Assembly: GCA_965213625.1 (NCBI GenBank)
Contig: CBDBZU010000004.1
Span: 864,001-928,000 of the forward strand
Length of the DNA: 64,000 nt
Direction of reading: 5' to 3'
Source of the DNA: a bacterium
Lineage (GTDB): Bacteria > UBA8248
Positions 1-9,219 of this stretch are shown piece after piece. The position numbers were made by a program, and so were the translations under genes. Numbering within the stretch: the first letter of the stretch is position 1; every line of letters starts with the position of its first letter. The notes under the pieces were generated by a model. That model did no database searches and had not been told where the DNA came from. It saw only the letters and a program-made list of their open reading frames with translations.

Positions 1-1
1 G

Positions 2-439
2 ACGGAGGCGCCTCAAGGATATATCGATGATTATTCAAAAGAGCCGGAATCTTTTTTTGTGGGTTTGGCGGATAAAATATCCACCCTGGGTTCACTGAAT
101 ATCTGGCTGAAGACCCAGGTTGCTGTTGCTTTGGGTCCCGATCATGCGCACATGTGCGCGGATGCGGGTCTGGATAAAAAAGACGTACATCGCCGAATTA
201 TGAAGCTTGCACGCAGGCCCTTGGGAGAGTTGAAAAAATCTGGTTATTGGCGTGAGGAGATGATTGCCAAGTGGACATTTGATCTCGACCTGCAGGATGA
301 TTCTTTTATGGTACCGGCGATTAAGGATGAGGACGATCTGGTACTTCTCGTCGCAGGGGGTACGCCCGGGCCGGTGACGGCCGTCATGCCCGGTTGGGTG
401 GATGGCAGCGAGGCGGTTTCAATTGATTATGAACCTTAA
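2..439 (+). CDS. Conserved unknown protein, C-terminal part (5' end outside window); paralog of 475-1494
   Basis: Frame is open from base 2 (TEAPQGYIDDYSKEPESFF...). Aligns by eye with the C-half of the next ORF (LGPDHAHMCADAGL vs LGAQHAHICADAGL; DDLVLLVAGG vs DDLHLIVAGS). Confidence 0.8.
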   Translation, partial: TEAPQGYIDDYSKEPESFFVGLADKISTLGSLNIWLKTQVAVALGPDHAHMCADAGLDKKDVHRRIMKLARRPLGELKKSGYWREEMIAKWTFDLDLQDDSFMVPAIKDEDDLVLLVAGGTPGPVTAVMPGWVDGSEAVSIDYEP

Positions 440-474
440 GCCTTTCTTTTAGGCTTGGTTTTGAGGATTAGCGA

Positions 475-1494
475 ATGGATGAGTTTGAGTTTTTCTTTGA
501 TAAAGAATGGTCGGATGGCCTACCCGTCGTGACCCCGACAGAAGAGCGAATCGGTTTGATGCTCTCGGGTACGACAAAAGAGCCGGGCGAAGTACTCGGC
601 TGCGTGGCTCCGGCGGGCGCGGAACTCAGCGTACAAGGAGTGGCGGCCCACGCTGTTATGGCGGGCTGTAAGCCCGGGTATATGCCGGTGCTGATTGCCG
701 GGCTGGAAGCGCTTTTAGATGAACGTTTTAACGTAAATCTGATTCAGGCTACGACGAGCGCGGGCGCTCCATTTCTTTTGGTCAATGGCCCCTATGCCAA
801 AGAGGTCGGGCTGCATGGCGGTGTGGGCTGCATGGGTCCCGGCTTTCGCGCGAACCTGACCATTGGCCGCGCTGTGCGGCTCGTCATGATGAATGTGGGA
901 GGCGGCATTCCCGGAATCACATGTCTCGGCGGTTTTGGAGGTCCCTGGCGAAGCACTTTTTGCATCATGGAGAACGAGGAGGAATCCCCTTGGGAGTCGT
1001 ATGCGGAATCCAAAGGATTTTCACAGAGCGATAACGTGGTGACCATGATTCCCCTCGAAGGGCCGGTGCAGGTATGGGACGATGCGAGTCTGACTCCTGA
1101 ACGGCTCCTGACGACGGTTGCCGACATGATGTCCGCATTGGGCGGTCCCAATATGTATCGACAAGCGGATATGGCGGTTGTCCTGGGTGCGCAACATGCG
1201 CATATTTGCGCTGACGCCGGGCTGACTCGCAGTGATGTCCATAAAAAATTACTGGAAACGGGTGGGCGCACAATAGGGGAGATAAAGCGCGGCGGCATCT
1301 GGCGAGGCGAGAAAGGCGCGGTTCGATGGCCATTTCCCGTGGACGTGAATGATGATGATTTTTTTGTGCCTGCGGTAGGAGATCCCGACGATCTTCATTT
1401 GATTGTCGCAGGTAGCAGGGGCTCACCTTCCAGCATGGTCATGCACGGAATTACCGTGGCGTGTCGTGCTGTGTCAAAAAGATTTGATGTGTGA
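475..1494 (+). CDS. Conserved ~340 aa unknown protein (WSDGLPVVxPT family, often near UGSC selenoproteins)
   Basis: Motifs WSDGLPVVTPT, AVMAGC.P.Y.PV, QATT, GPGFRANLTIGRAVRL, ENEEESPWE. Confidence 0.8.
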   Translation: MDEFEFFFDKEWSDGLPVVTPTEERIGLMLSGTTKEPGEVLGCVAPAGAELSVQGVAAHAVMAGCKPGYMPVLIAGLEALLDERFNVNLIQATTSAGAPFLLVNGPYAKEVGLHGGVGCMGPGFRANLTIGRAVRLVMMNVGGGIPGITCLGGFGGPWRSTFCIMENEEESPWESYAESKGFSQSDNVVTMIPLEGPVQVWDDASLTPERLLTTVADMMSALGGPNMYRQADMAVVLGAQHAHICADAGLTRSDVHKKLLETGGRTIGEIKRGGIWRGEKGAVRWPFPVDVNDDDFFVPAVGDPDDLHLIVAGSRGSPSSMVMHGITVACRAVSKRFDV

Positions 1495-1619
1495 AAGGTT
1501 TTGTTTCCAAAAGATGGTGGACATAAGGCTGTAATTTCAGCAACATATATCTAAATTTCTAAAGACTCCAATCGGTCAGCTTTTTGTAATCCCAGATATG
1601 TAGTGTGCGTCCTTCAGAT

Positions 1620-1651
1620 AAGAGCCCCGACAAAATTGCCGGGGCTCTTTT
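1620..1651. terminator. Intrinsic terminator between convergent genes
   Basis: aagagccccg-N10-cggggctctt stem running into a short T tract. Confidence 0.7.
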
Positions 1652-1665
1652 GTGATTAACGTTTG

Positions 1666-3927
1666 TTAATGGCCGTTGCTATTGCCGTTTTTCTTTATGA
1701 CCGCCCGGCAGACACGCTCGGGCGTGATGGGAAGGTCGTAGACTTCCGTGCCTATCGCATCATTGATGGCGAGGGCGACGGCTGCCGGCGCGTTATTGCA
1801 TGGGGGTTCTCCGACGCCGCGTGCGCCATATGGGCCTGCGCCCTCTCCACATTCAAGAACAACAGACTCAAACTCACCGATATCCGAGGAAGTGGGAATC
1901 AGATACTCGTGAAAGCTTTGTGATCGGCAGTCTCCTTCCACCATGGTGATTTCTTCATGCAGCGCATAGCCAATCCCCATCACCGCGCCGCCTTCGAATT
2001 GCCCTTCCACGCTTTGAGGATTCAGCGCTCGCCCGACATCATGGGAGGCGATGTGCTTCAAGAGATTCACTTCGCCGGTTTCGATATCGACCTCCACTTC
2101 GCTCGCATGAACGCCAAATGTGTAGTCCGACCATCCGCCCATACCGTTCATGTATCGCTGCGGGTTCTCGTATTCATGTCCCGGCATGTTGTAGCCATGG
2201 GTGCAATGCAGGGCTTCACCCATTTTTTTGGCTTCCCCAGCCGCAGCACCGATGCCAACCCTTCTCTCGGGAGCGGAGGCCACCCATGCCTCCCCACTTC
2301 CAACACGGATGTCCTCTTCAGAAGCTTCGAGCAACGAGGCGGCGCCTTTGGTCACGGCTTTCCGAACCTCGTCTGCGGCAAGTTGAACGGCATGCCCCGC
2401 CATGAGTGTCTGGCGAGAACCTGCAGTAATGCCTGAGAGTGGTGTAGTAGCGGAATCGGACAAACGGGTGGAAACCTGATCGAGCCTGAGCCCGAGGGTT
2501 TCAGCCGTTATGCTTTGAAGCGTAGCGCCCTGGCCGGCGCCTATGTCAGGCGCGCTTACACGTACTACGGCGCTGCCATCCGGCTCAAGGTGAACCGCCG
2601 CATTCGCATCGTCATTCGGCCTTCCGTAGCCGGTGATGTTCGCGGCCGCCGCCCGGCCGATACGTTTGCCCGGACCTGGTTCTGTGGGTTCACCCAGGGC
2701 CTGTAGCGCGCTGTCGAGGCATCCTTCCAGGTTCGGTTCGTAAGGTATCTTCTGTCCGGTCGGCAGTTCCTGTCCTTTCTGGATGAAATTTTTCCGCCTG
2801 AATTCGTACTTGTCCAACCCTAGGGCATCTGCAACCAGGTTCATTTGGGTCTCATATGCGAAGCAGACCTGGTTTGATCCGACACCGCGCATCGCGTTGG
2901 TGATGGGATTGTTCGTGAGGTAGCCGTGCGCACGAATTTTTGCGTTAGGGACATCGTAAGGGCCGGCGGCGATGCACATTGCGCCTAGGAGGAACAAGTT
3001 GGATTTATACGGATAGGCGCCAGCGTCTCCTACGATGTCCGCCTGTACGGCCAGGATTTTCCCGTCCTTGGTCGCTCCTGTTTTGTATTTCATATAGAAA
3101 GGGTGCTTTTTCGAGGTGTTTCGGATGCCGTGTTCGCGGCCCAACACCATAACGGCGGGCCTTTGCGTATGCCAGGTGAGCAGCGCCAGATAAGGTTCTA
3201 CGGTCAGCATGCCCTTGGCGCCGAACCCGCCGCCGACGTAAGTGCCGAGATGGCGGACGCGGCTATGCGAGATTCCTAAAATCGCTGCAATGGCGCGGTA
3301 GTATTCGATAAGCTGTGTGCCGACGCGGATGGTGATGACGCCGTCTTCTTCCATCCAGGAAGTACCGGAGGCCGGTTCCAGGAAGGCGTGTTCGGCGAGT
3401 TGCGTAGTGTATGTTTTCTCAATCACCACGTCGGCTTCGTCAAACGCTGTCTTCAAGTCTCCGCGGGTAACCTCAAAATCACACGCTTGTCGTTTTTCAG
3501 CGCTTGTTTCATCGTGACGCGTTGTCCACACGCCCTCTTCCGCCTCGATTTCCACTTCAATGGCCGCTATCGCGGCATCAAGCGCTTCTCTGTTTTCGGC
3601 TCCTACGATGGCGAGAGCGTCTCCCGTGAATTCAATTTTATCTTCCACCAGAACAGGCTGATGGGGCAGACCCGGCGTGCCGGAGCCGAATCGCGCGTTT
3701 GTGCCCGGAATATCCTTTGCAGTCAGAATGGCGGCAACGCCCGGGATTTTTTCGGCTTTTGAAGTGTCGAGTTTTTTCAGGCGGCCGACCGGGATGGGTG
3801 TAAACAATACGCCGCACTGCAGAGCCCCTGCAGGAACTGCATCTTCTCCGTAGGGCATAGAGCCATCCGCTTTCGGAATCGCGTCGTATCGAACATTCGA
3901 CTTGCCGATGATATCGTAATCGGCCAT
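1666..3927 (-). CDS. Xanthine dehydrogenase-family molybdopterin-binding large subunit
   Basis: HAFLEP, GGGFGAK, AMRGVG, DIGAG, VEGQFEGG and GVGEPP motifs. Start reset to ATG 3927 (MADYD), which has an AAGGAG RBS. Confidence 0.93.
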   Translation of the reverse strand: MADYDIIGKSNVRYDAIPKADGSMPYGEDAVPAGALQCGVLFTPIPVGRLKKLDTSKAEKIPGVAAILTAKDIPGTNARFGSGTPGLPHQPVLVEDKIEFTGDALAIVGAENREALDAAIAAIEVEIEAEEGVWTTRHDETSAEKRQACDFEVTRGDLKTAFDEADVVIEKTYTTQLAEHAFLEPASGTSWMEEDGVITIRVGTQLIEYYRAIAAILGISHSRVRHLGTYVGGGFGAKGMLTVEPYLALLTWHTQRPAVMVLGREHGIRNTSKKHPFYMKYKTGATKDGKILAVQADIVGDAGAYPYKSNLFLLGAMCIAAGPYDVPNAKIRAHGYLTNNPITNAMRGVGSNQVCFAYETQMNLVADALGLDKYEFRRKNFIQKGQELPTGQKIPYEPNLEGCLDSALQALGEPTEPGPGKRIGRAAAANITGYGRPNDDANAAVHLEPDGSAVVRVSAPDIGAGQGATLQSITAETLGLRLDQVSTRLSDSATTPLSGITAGSRQTLMAGHAVQLAADEVRKAVTKGAASLLEASEEDIRVGSGEAWVASAPERRVGIGAAAGEAKKMGEALHCTHGYNMPGHEYENPQRYMNGMGGWSDYTFGVHASEVEVDIETGEVNLLKHIASHDVGRALNPQSVEGQFEGGAVMGIGYALHEEITMVEGDCRSQSFHEYLIPTSSDIGEFESVVLECGEGAGPYGARGVGEPPCNNAPAAVALAINDAIGTEVYDLPITPERVCRAVIKKNGNSNGH

Positions 3928-4120
3928 ATGTCTGCTCCTTAAGGTAAGAGGATATCCGTGAATTAGACTTGATTCTGCCAAATTTCGGCGCAACTGAGAA
4001 GCGGACAATTCATCATTTGTTTTTTCATCTAAAATTGATTGTGTTGATATCGTAGACAAGGAATAAATTGCGGGATATGATTTGGCCACGGTTGAATTCA
4101 CATATCAATTGGAGAAAACC

Positions 4121-4651
4121 ATGGCGAACGGAATGGGATTCATTGATCCGACGGCGGGAGGGTCGGCCGCGCGAATCGAACTTGCGCAAAGGCCCGGCGA
4201 TCTTTCGGGTAAGGTGGTGGGGCTCCTCGACAACACCAAAGAACAAGCGGATATCATTTTGGAAACCTTGGGGAATGCCCTCCGTGAGCAATACGACGTG
4301 GCCAGAGTCATTTCGATGCGAAAAGAGCATTACTCGAAGCCTGCCACTGATGAAATGATCGAAGAAATGGCCCAGGAGGTGGATGTGGCGATAGCCGCAT
4401 TGGGAGGCTGAGGCTCCTGCACGTTGTGCAGTGTGCACGACACGGTTGAATTTGAAAAACGGGGCATTCCTTCAACGACCATTATTACCGAGGCGTTCAA
4501 GAACGCGGCGGACTTTCAATTCCGTGGCAAGGGCATGGAAGGGCATCCTTATATTCAGTTGCCTCATCCGGTCAGTAATTTACAGCCTGATGAAATGAGA
4601 GACACGACGCTGAAGTTTGTCGAAGAAGTAGCCGGCCACCTGAAAAGCTGA
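4121..4651 (+). CDS. UGSC-family selenoprotein (Sec at UGA 4409-4411)
   Basis: ORFs 4082-4411 and 4424-4651 share a frame, joined by one TGA giving ALGG-U-GSCTLCSVHD. GGAGA RBS before ATG 4121; hairpin 11 nt after the UGA. Confidence 0.9.
4423..4441 (+). promoter_or_regulatory. Putative bacterial SECIS hairpin
   Basis: gttgtgca-gtg-tgcacgac: 8 bp stem (one G-U), G-containing loop, starting 11 nt after the UGA. Confidence 0.7.
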
Positions 4652-4692
4652 TCCAAATTATAGAGAAAAGTATTTTCCAGGAGGAAAGGTAC

Positions 4693-5475
4693 GTGCGCGA
4701 ATTTGAAACAATTTCCTATACGGAAGAAGATGGATTGGCGGTAGTGAAGTTCAACCGCCCGGAGAGTCTGAACGCGATAAGTTTCAAGATGGCGGAAGAA
4801 TTCGTGGAACTGGCGCGAACCTTGGCCGACGCGCAGAATGTGCGTGTGGTCATTCTTACTGGAGAGGGACGTGGTTTCAGTACGGGGCGCGATCTGAAAG
4901 AAAGCACCACGCATACGAAGGAGATGGCCGATCAATACCAGCGCTATGTGATGACGGCGACGTCTCTATGGGCACGCTTGCCAATGCCTACCATCGCCGC
5001 GATCAACGGCCATACGTTCGGCTGGGGCGTCGAAATTACCTTGGTATGCGATATCAGGCTTGCAGCAGTTGAAGCCACTCTTTGTTTTCCGGAGTGCAGC
5101 CTTGGTATTTTCCCGGGGGCCGGCGGCGTGGTCTGGCTTCAAAGAGTCATGCCGGCCGGACAGGCGAAGGAATTGGTTTACACAAGCAAGAGGATCGATG
5201 GAAAAGAAGCCGAGCGTATCGGCTTGGTGAATAAGGCGCATCCGCTGGACGTGCTGATGGATGAAGCGACAGCCATCGCTGAGAAGATAAGGGACAATGG
5301 CCCCTTGGGTGTTCGTGGCGCGAAAAAAGCAATTGACCAGACGCTCGATATGCCGCTTTCTCAGGCTATCGAATTTTCAAATGCCCTCAGGTTGCCGTTG
5401 AATCACACCAAGGATTTCGCCGAGGCGCTGCAGGCGTTCAAAGAGAAGAGGAAACCAGTATTTACCGGAGAATAA
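4693..5475 (+). CDS. Enoyl-CoA hydratase/isomerase (crotonase) family protein
   Basis: NRPESLNA, FSTGRDL, PTIAAINGHTFGWGVE, CDIR, FPE..LGIFPGAGG, EKRKPVF. Confidence 0.93.
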   Translation: MREFETISYTEEDGLAVVKFNRPESLNAISFKMAEEFVELARTLADAQNVRVVILTGEGRGFSTGRDLKESTTHTKEMADQYQRYVMTATSLWARLPMPTIAAINGHTFGWGVEITLVCDIRLAAVEATLCFPECSLGIFPGAGGVVWLQRVMPAGQAKELVYTSKRIDGKEAERIGLVNKAHPLDVLMDEATAIAEKIRDNGPLGVRGAKKAIDQTLDMPLSQAIEFSNALRLPLNHTKDFAEALQAFKEKRKPVFTGE

Positions 5476-5500
5476 AGAAGTTGGAATTTCCATGAAACAT

Positions 5501-5533
5501 AGAGCCTGTCCCATTTAGAGGACGGGCTTTTTG
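5501..5533 (+). terminator. Intrinsic terminator
   Basis: gagcctgtcc...ggacgggctt stem followed by Ts. Confidence 0.6.
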
Positions 5534-5549
5534 TTCATTGTGGCGGGAT

Positions 5550-6251
5550 ATGAATAGAAACCTCCTCATCACACATAATGAATCCCAAGTCGCGAGCATT
5601 ACCGTGAATCGGCCGGAAGCGCGAAATGCTTTCAACACGGCATTGATGGAAGCCATGTGTAAGGAAATGGAGGATATTAAAAAGACGCCGGACATTAAAG
5701 TCCTTATCGTGACGGGCGCGGGAAGCTCTTTTTCTTCGGGACGCGATCTCAAGGAAAGCGCCACCCATACGAAAGAACAAGTGAAGCGATTCATGATTTT
5801 GGGCGAGCGGTGGAGCACGGCTCTTCGTGAACTACCCATTCCGACAATAGCAGCGGTGAATGGACCCGCTTTCGGATGGGGGATGGTGTTGATGCTCTCT
5901 TGCGATATTCGTGTTGCAGTGGACGCCGCCGTTTTGGGTTATCCGGAAACTGCGTTGGGAGTATTTCCGGGAGGAGACGCCACAGTTCGTCTGACGCGTC
6001 AGATTTTTGTTCCATTCGTGAAAGATTTAGTGCTCACCGGCAGAAGATTTGATGCGCGAGAGGGATATCGCTTAGGATTGGTGAATCGCATCACATCGCA
6101 AAGAGACCTGATGAAGGAAACTCGCGCTCTGGCGAATAAAATTGCGCAACATCCGCCGGAGAGATTAAGAGAGTTGAAATCAAAGTTTTTGAAAATCGAA
6201 GCGATGCCGCGTTTTGGCCATTTGTCGGTAGCCGAGAAATTCGATCGATGA
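5550..6251 (+). CDS. Crotonase family protein, second paralog (short C-terminus)
   Basis: NRPEARNA, FSSGRDL, PTIAAVNGPAFGWG, YPETALGVFPG. Confidence 0.88.
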   Translation: MNRNLLITHNESQVASITVNRPEARNAFNTALMEAMCKEMEDIKKTPDIKVLIVTGAGSSFSSGRDLKESATHTKEQVKRFMILGERWSTALRELPIPTIAAVNGPAFGWGMVLMLSCDIRVAVDAAVLGYPETALGVFPGGDATVRLTRQIFVPFVKDLVLTGRRFDAREGYRLGLVNRITSQRDLMKETRALANKIAQHPPERLRELKSKFLKIEAMPRFGHLSVAEKFDR

Positions 6252-6631
6252 AAGTCAGGGAGTGCTTTTTGCAGGCTGTAGCGATCGTTGGAGTGGAGGA
6301 AGACGCCAGAGAAACCTGGGCGGCAATGAATAGGATAAACGCGCCTTGGGCGGCGGTTTTTGATGGTATGCACCTGATTGGCGTTGTAAGCAAAATAGAC
6401 CTCGATGCGTTTCTTCGTGTGCCCGAGGTATTTCAAGAAGTGGGAGAGATTGCCAAAACGGATATGCCTTCGAGGAGAGGGATATCGCTGTCCCCGAACA
6501 CGGATTTGAACGAGGCTGTTATTCGGCTTGAGCTCGCGGGAGCGGATGCCGCTTTTGTCGAAGGCGTCGGCAGGCCGCATGGCGTCATGGCGATGGAAGC
6601 AGCCAATCACGCATTGTCTCGTTCTTCTTGA
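6248..6631 (+). CDS. Divergent CBS-domain-like protein
   Basis: MKVRE start, LIGVVS..DL, SLSPNTDL.EA, VEG.GRPHGV resemble a CBS pair; ATGA overlap with the upstream gene. Confidence 0.55.
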   Translation: MKVRECFLQAVAIVGVEEDARETWAAMNRINAPWAAVFDGMHLIGVVSKIDLDAFLRVPEVFQEVGEIAKTDMPSRRGISLSPNTDLNEAVIRLELAGADAAFVEGVGRPHGVMAMEAANHALSRSS

Positions 6632-6706
6632 TGCGCATTTGTTTTCCCTTAGGGTAGCCGAATCATTCGCCTCTCTTTCAGGGGGTGATTGGCGGGAGGA
6701 GCGTCC

Positions 6707-7903
6707 ATGGAATTCACTTTGAATGATGAGCAAAAACGGATTCAGGGAATAGCCAGGAAATTTTCCTATGAAGAACTTGCCCCGGTGGCTCCCGAGCGTG
6801 ATCGGATTCAGAACTGGGAAGAACGCATGCCGTGGGATCTGACCGAAAAAGCGAGCGCTTTGGGCTTAAGGCAACTTCCATACCCTAAAGAATATGGCGG
6901 AATGGGTGCCGATGTGCTTTCGTGTTGTTTGGCAGGCGAGGAACTTGCCGCGGGTGATCTGGGTTTTGCGGTGAACCTTGACCAGACCTGGAAGCTGTCC
7001 CATATCCTGGAAAAAGTAGAGCCTGAAGTCAGAGATCCCTGGATTAAACGCTTGTGCGAAGAACCGAGGTTCCTGGCTGCGATTTCCATGACGGAAGAAG
7101 GAGCAGGGACAGACCATCAGGGCTATTACGATGATCCCTCCATCGCGCTTTATGCGCATGCGGAGAAAGAAGGTGGAAAATGGATCATCAATGGCAAGAA
7201 ACGCTATGTCAGCAATGGTCCTATAGCATCGTTGTACGTATTGGCGGCGAGAACCGACCTCAGTAAAAACTTGAGGGAAGGTTTAACCGGCTTTCTGGTT
7301 CCAAGAGAGACCCCCGGCATATCGATAGGCGAGGTGCATGAAAAAATTGGCCAGCGTCTTTCTATGAATTCAGAAATTTTCTATGAAGACATCGAGATCC
7401 CCGAAAACCATATTATCTTAGGTGAAGGAAACATGTTCGAAATCAGGGGGAATCTCCTATCGATGGGGAAACCGGAAGCAGCCGCTACAGCCTTGGGCGT
7501 TGGACGCGCCGCGTTCGAGAAAGCGCTGGCTTACAGCCGCGAACGTGTCCAGGGCGGCAAGCCCATCGGCCAGCACCAGGCGATAGAATCCATACTCGCT
7601 GATATGGCGATGAATCTGGACATTGCGCGCACATATATCTGGCGCACCGCCTGGGCTGTGGACCATCAAAAGCCTTATGATTTCACGCAAGGATGGAAAT
7701 GCAAAATTTTCGCTTCAGAGGTCGCCTTTGATTGCGCGCGTCTGGGCATGGAGGTATTCGGCGGCGCAGGCATCATGCACGACGCTCCCATGGAGAAATA
7801 CCTTCGCGATGCCAGTACGTTCTTGCATTCAGACGGCACGAATCAAATCTTGCGGTTGAGAACCGGGCAAGCCTATGTGAAAGGAGTGGCTACGGCGTTT
7901 TAG
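6707..7903 (+). CDS. Acyl-CoA dehydrogenase
   Basis: MEFTLNDEQ, PKEYGG, MTEEGAGTD, INGKKRYVSNG, RVQGGKPI..HQAI, FGGAG, MEKYLRD; GGAGGA RBS. Confidence 0.95.
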   Translation: MEFTLNDEQKRIQGIARKFSYEELAPVAPERDRIQNWEERMPWDLTEKASALGLRQLPYPKEYGGMGADVLSCCLAGEELAAGDLGFAVNLDQTWKLSHILEKVEPEVRDPWIKRLCEEPRFLAAISMTEEGAGTDHQGYYDDPSIALYAHAEKEGGKWIINGKKRYVSNGPIASLYVLAARTDLSKNLREGLTGFLVPRETPGISIGEVHEKIGQRLSMNSEIFYEDIEIPENHIILGEGNMFEIRGNLLSMGKPEAAATALGVGRAAFEKALAYSRERVQGGKPIGQHQAIESILADMAMNLDIARTYIWRTAWAVDHQKPYDFTQGWKCKIFASEVAFDCARLGMEVFGGAGIMHDAPMEKYLRDASTFLHSDGTNQILRLRTGQAYVKGVATAF

Positions 7904-7926
7904 CGGTATAAAAGGGGGAATTTTTT

Positions 7927-8478
7927 ATGACGCGCCGGGTGGATAAATGGCGGCAGGGTGAATTGTTCCAGAAAGACGGTGAATCTCTGGAAAATCATGT
8001 TGCCGAATGGCTCCAGAAAGTGCGTGCGGAATTCTCCGTGTTTGTATCGGATAAAGGTATTGTGGAAATTAGAATGTTGAATGGCGTGGAAAAGCCTCTC
8101 GTGGCGGATCATGCGAGTGAGCAATCAACGCCGTTGAGTCGTCGAGCCTCAAAAGAGATAAAAGAGTATCTGGAGGGAACGCGAAAAAGTTTCGATTTGA
8201 AGACAGACCTCTCCTCCCTCACGCCTTTCATGATCAAAGTATTAATTGAGACGGAAAATATTCCTTATGGCGAGACGCGTTCTTACGGCTGGGTGGCGAA
8301 TCAAATTGGAAACCCGAAAGCTTCGCGTGCCGTAGGCCAGGCGTTACATAGAAATCCCGTTCCTCTTGTAATACCATGACACCGCGTTATCGCGAGCTCG
8401 GGCGAGCTCGGTGGGTTCGCAAGCAGCGTTTCTTTGAAGGTGGCGCTCTTGGCTCATGAGATGTATCACAAAAATTAG
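7927..8478 (+). CDS. ogt: Methylated-DNA--protein-cysteine methyltransferase, Sec-containing (UGA 8377-8379)
   Basis: IPYGETRSY, ASRAVGQAL..NPVPLVIP, then TGA followed in frame by HRVIASSGELGGFASSVSLKVALLAHE to TAG 8476-8478. Confidence 0.9.
8393..8410 (+). promoter_or_regulatory. Putative bacterial SECIS hairpin
   Basis: cgagctc-gggc-gagctcg: perfect 7 bp stem with G-rich loop, 13 nt after the UGA. Confidence 0.7.
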
Positions 8479-8529
8479 GGTATGCGGATTTTGCTTGGGC
8501 GCATCCTAAAAAAACTTGGGGGATGAAAG

Positions 8530-9105
8530 ATGTCAATAATGATGAATGATTTTATCGACCAAGTACGCGAAATTGTAAATACAGGAGGTACCGAAGAAGA
8601 AGTTACTGCTCGCGTAGCGGTGGTCCTTGAATCGATTTTGGATGAGCCGAACCTGTTGAGTGCCGACCAACTGTTAGTGAAAAAAGAAGGTTTTACGCTC
8701 AACCGGATTCACATAGAGCCGGATGAGAGCTTCTCTATAGGCGCCGGTATATGGGATGTGGGCCAGACCACCCCGATTCATGATCATGGTACCTGGGGAG
8801 TGATAGGCATTTACCGAGGAATGGAAAACGAAGAGAGTTTTTTGCGAGAAGGTCCGCGCGAAGAGGGCGCTCGCGTAAATCTTACGCCGCAGGGGAAACG
8901 CCTGGCAGGGCCTGGGGATGTTTTCGTCTGCTGTACGAAGGACCAAGATGTGCACCGCGTAAGCTGTGCTTCGCCTGAGCCTGTTGTGGGTATTCATGTC
9001 TATGGCGATGATCTCGCCAAGTTGACGCGCTATAAATATGAGGAATCAACCGGCGAGGTGAACTTGTTTGTCACAGGATGGGATTATGCGAAAATCTCCG
9101 ATTGA
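8530..9105 (+). CDS. Cysteine dioxygenase-family cupin
   Basis: W..GQTTPIHDHGTWG, DVHRV, GIHVYG. Confidence 0.85.
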   Translation: MSIMMNDFIDQVREIVNTGGTEEEVTARVAVVLESILDEPNLLSADQLLVKKEGFTLNRIHIEPDESFSIGAGIWDVGQTTPIHDHGTWGVIGIYRGMENEESFLREGPREEGARVNLTPQGKRLAGPGDVFVCCTKDQDVHRVSCASPEPVVGIHVYGDDLAKLTRYKYEESTGEVNLFVTGWDYAKISD

Positions 9106-9219
9106 TCTCTAAAAACCGAAGAAGTGGATATCTGACATCACTAAATCGTTTTCTCTGTAGAGGCCACCTCTGAACATCTGGTTGGGAACTACCGCGTCGA
9201 GATGAAATAATCACGTCTT

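Noticed and set aside
1492-1494. TGA ending the 475-1494 ORF as read-through
   Set aside because: The paralog ends at the equivalent position with TAA, and the downstream frame is short and featureless.
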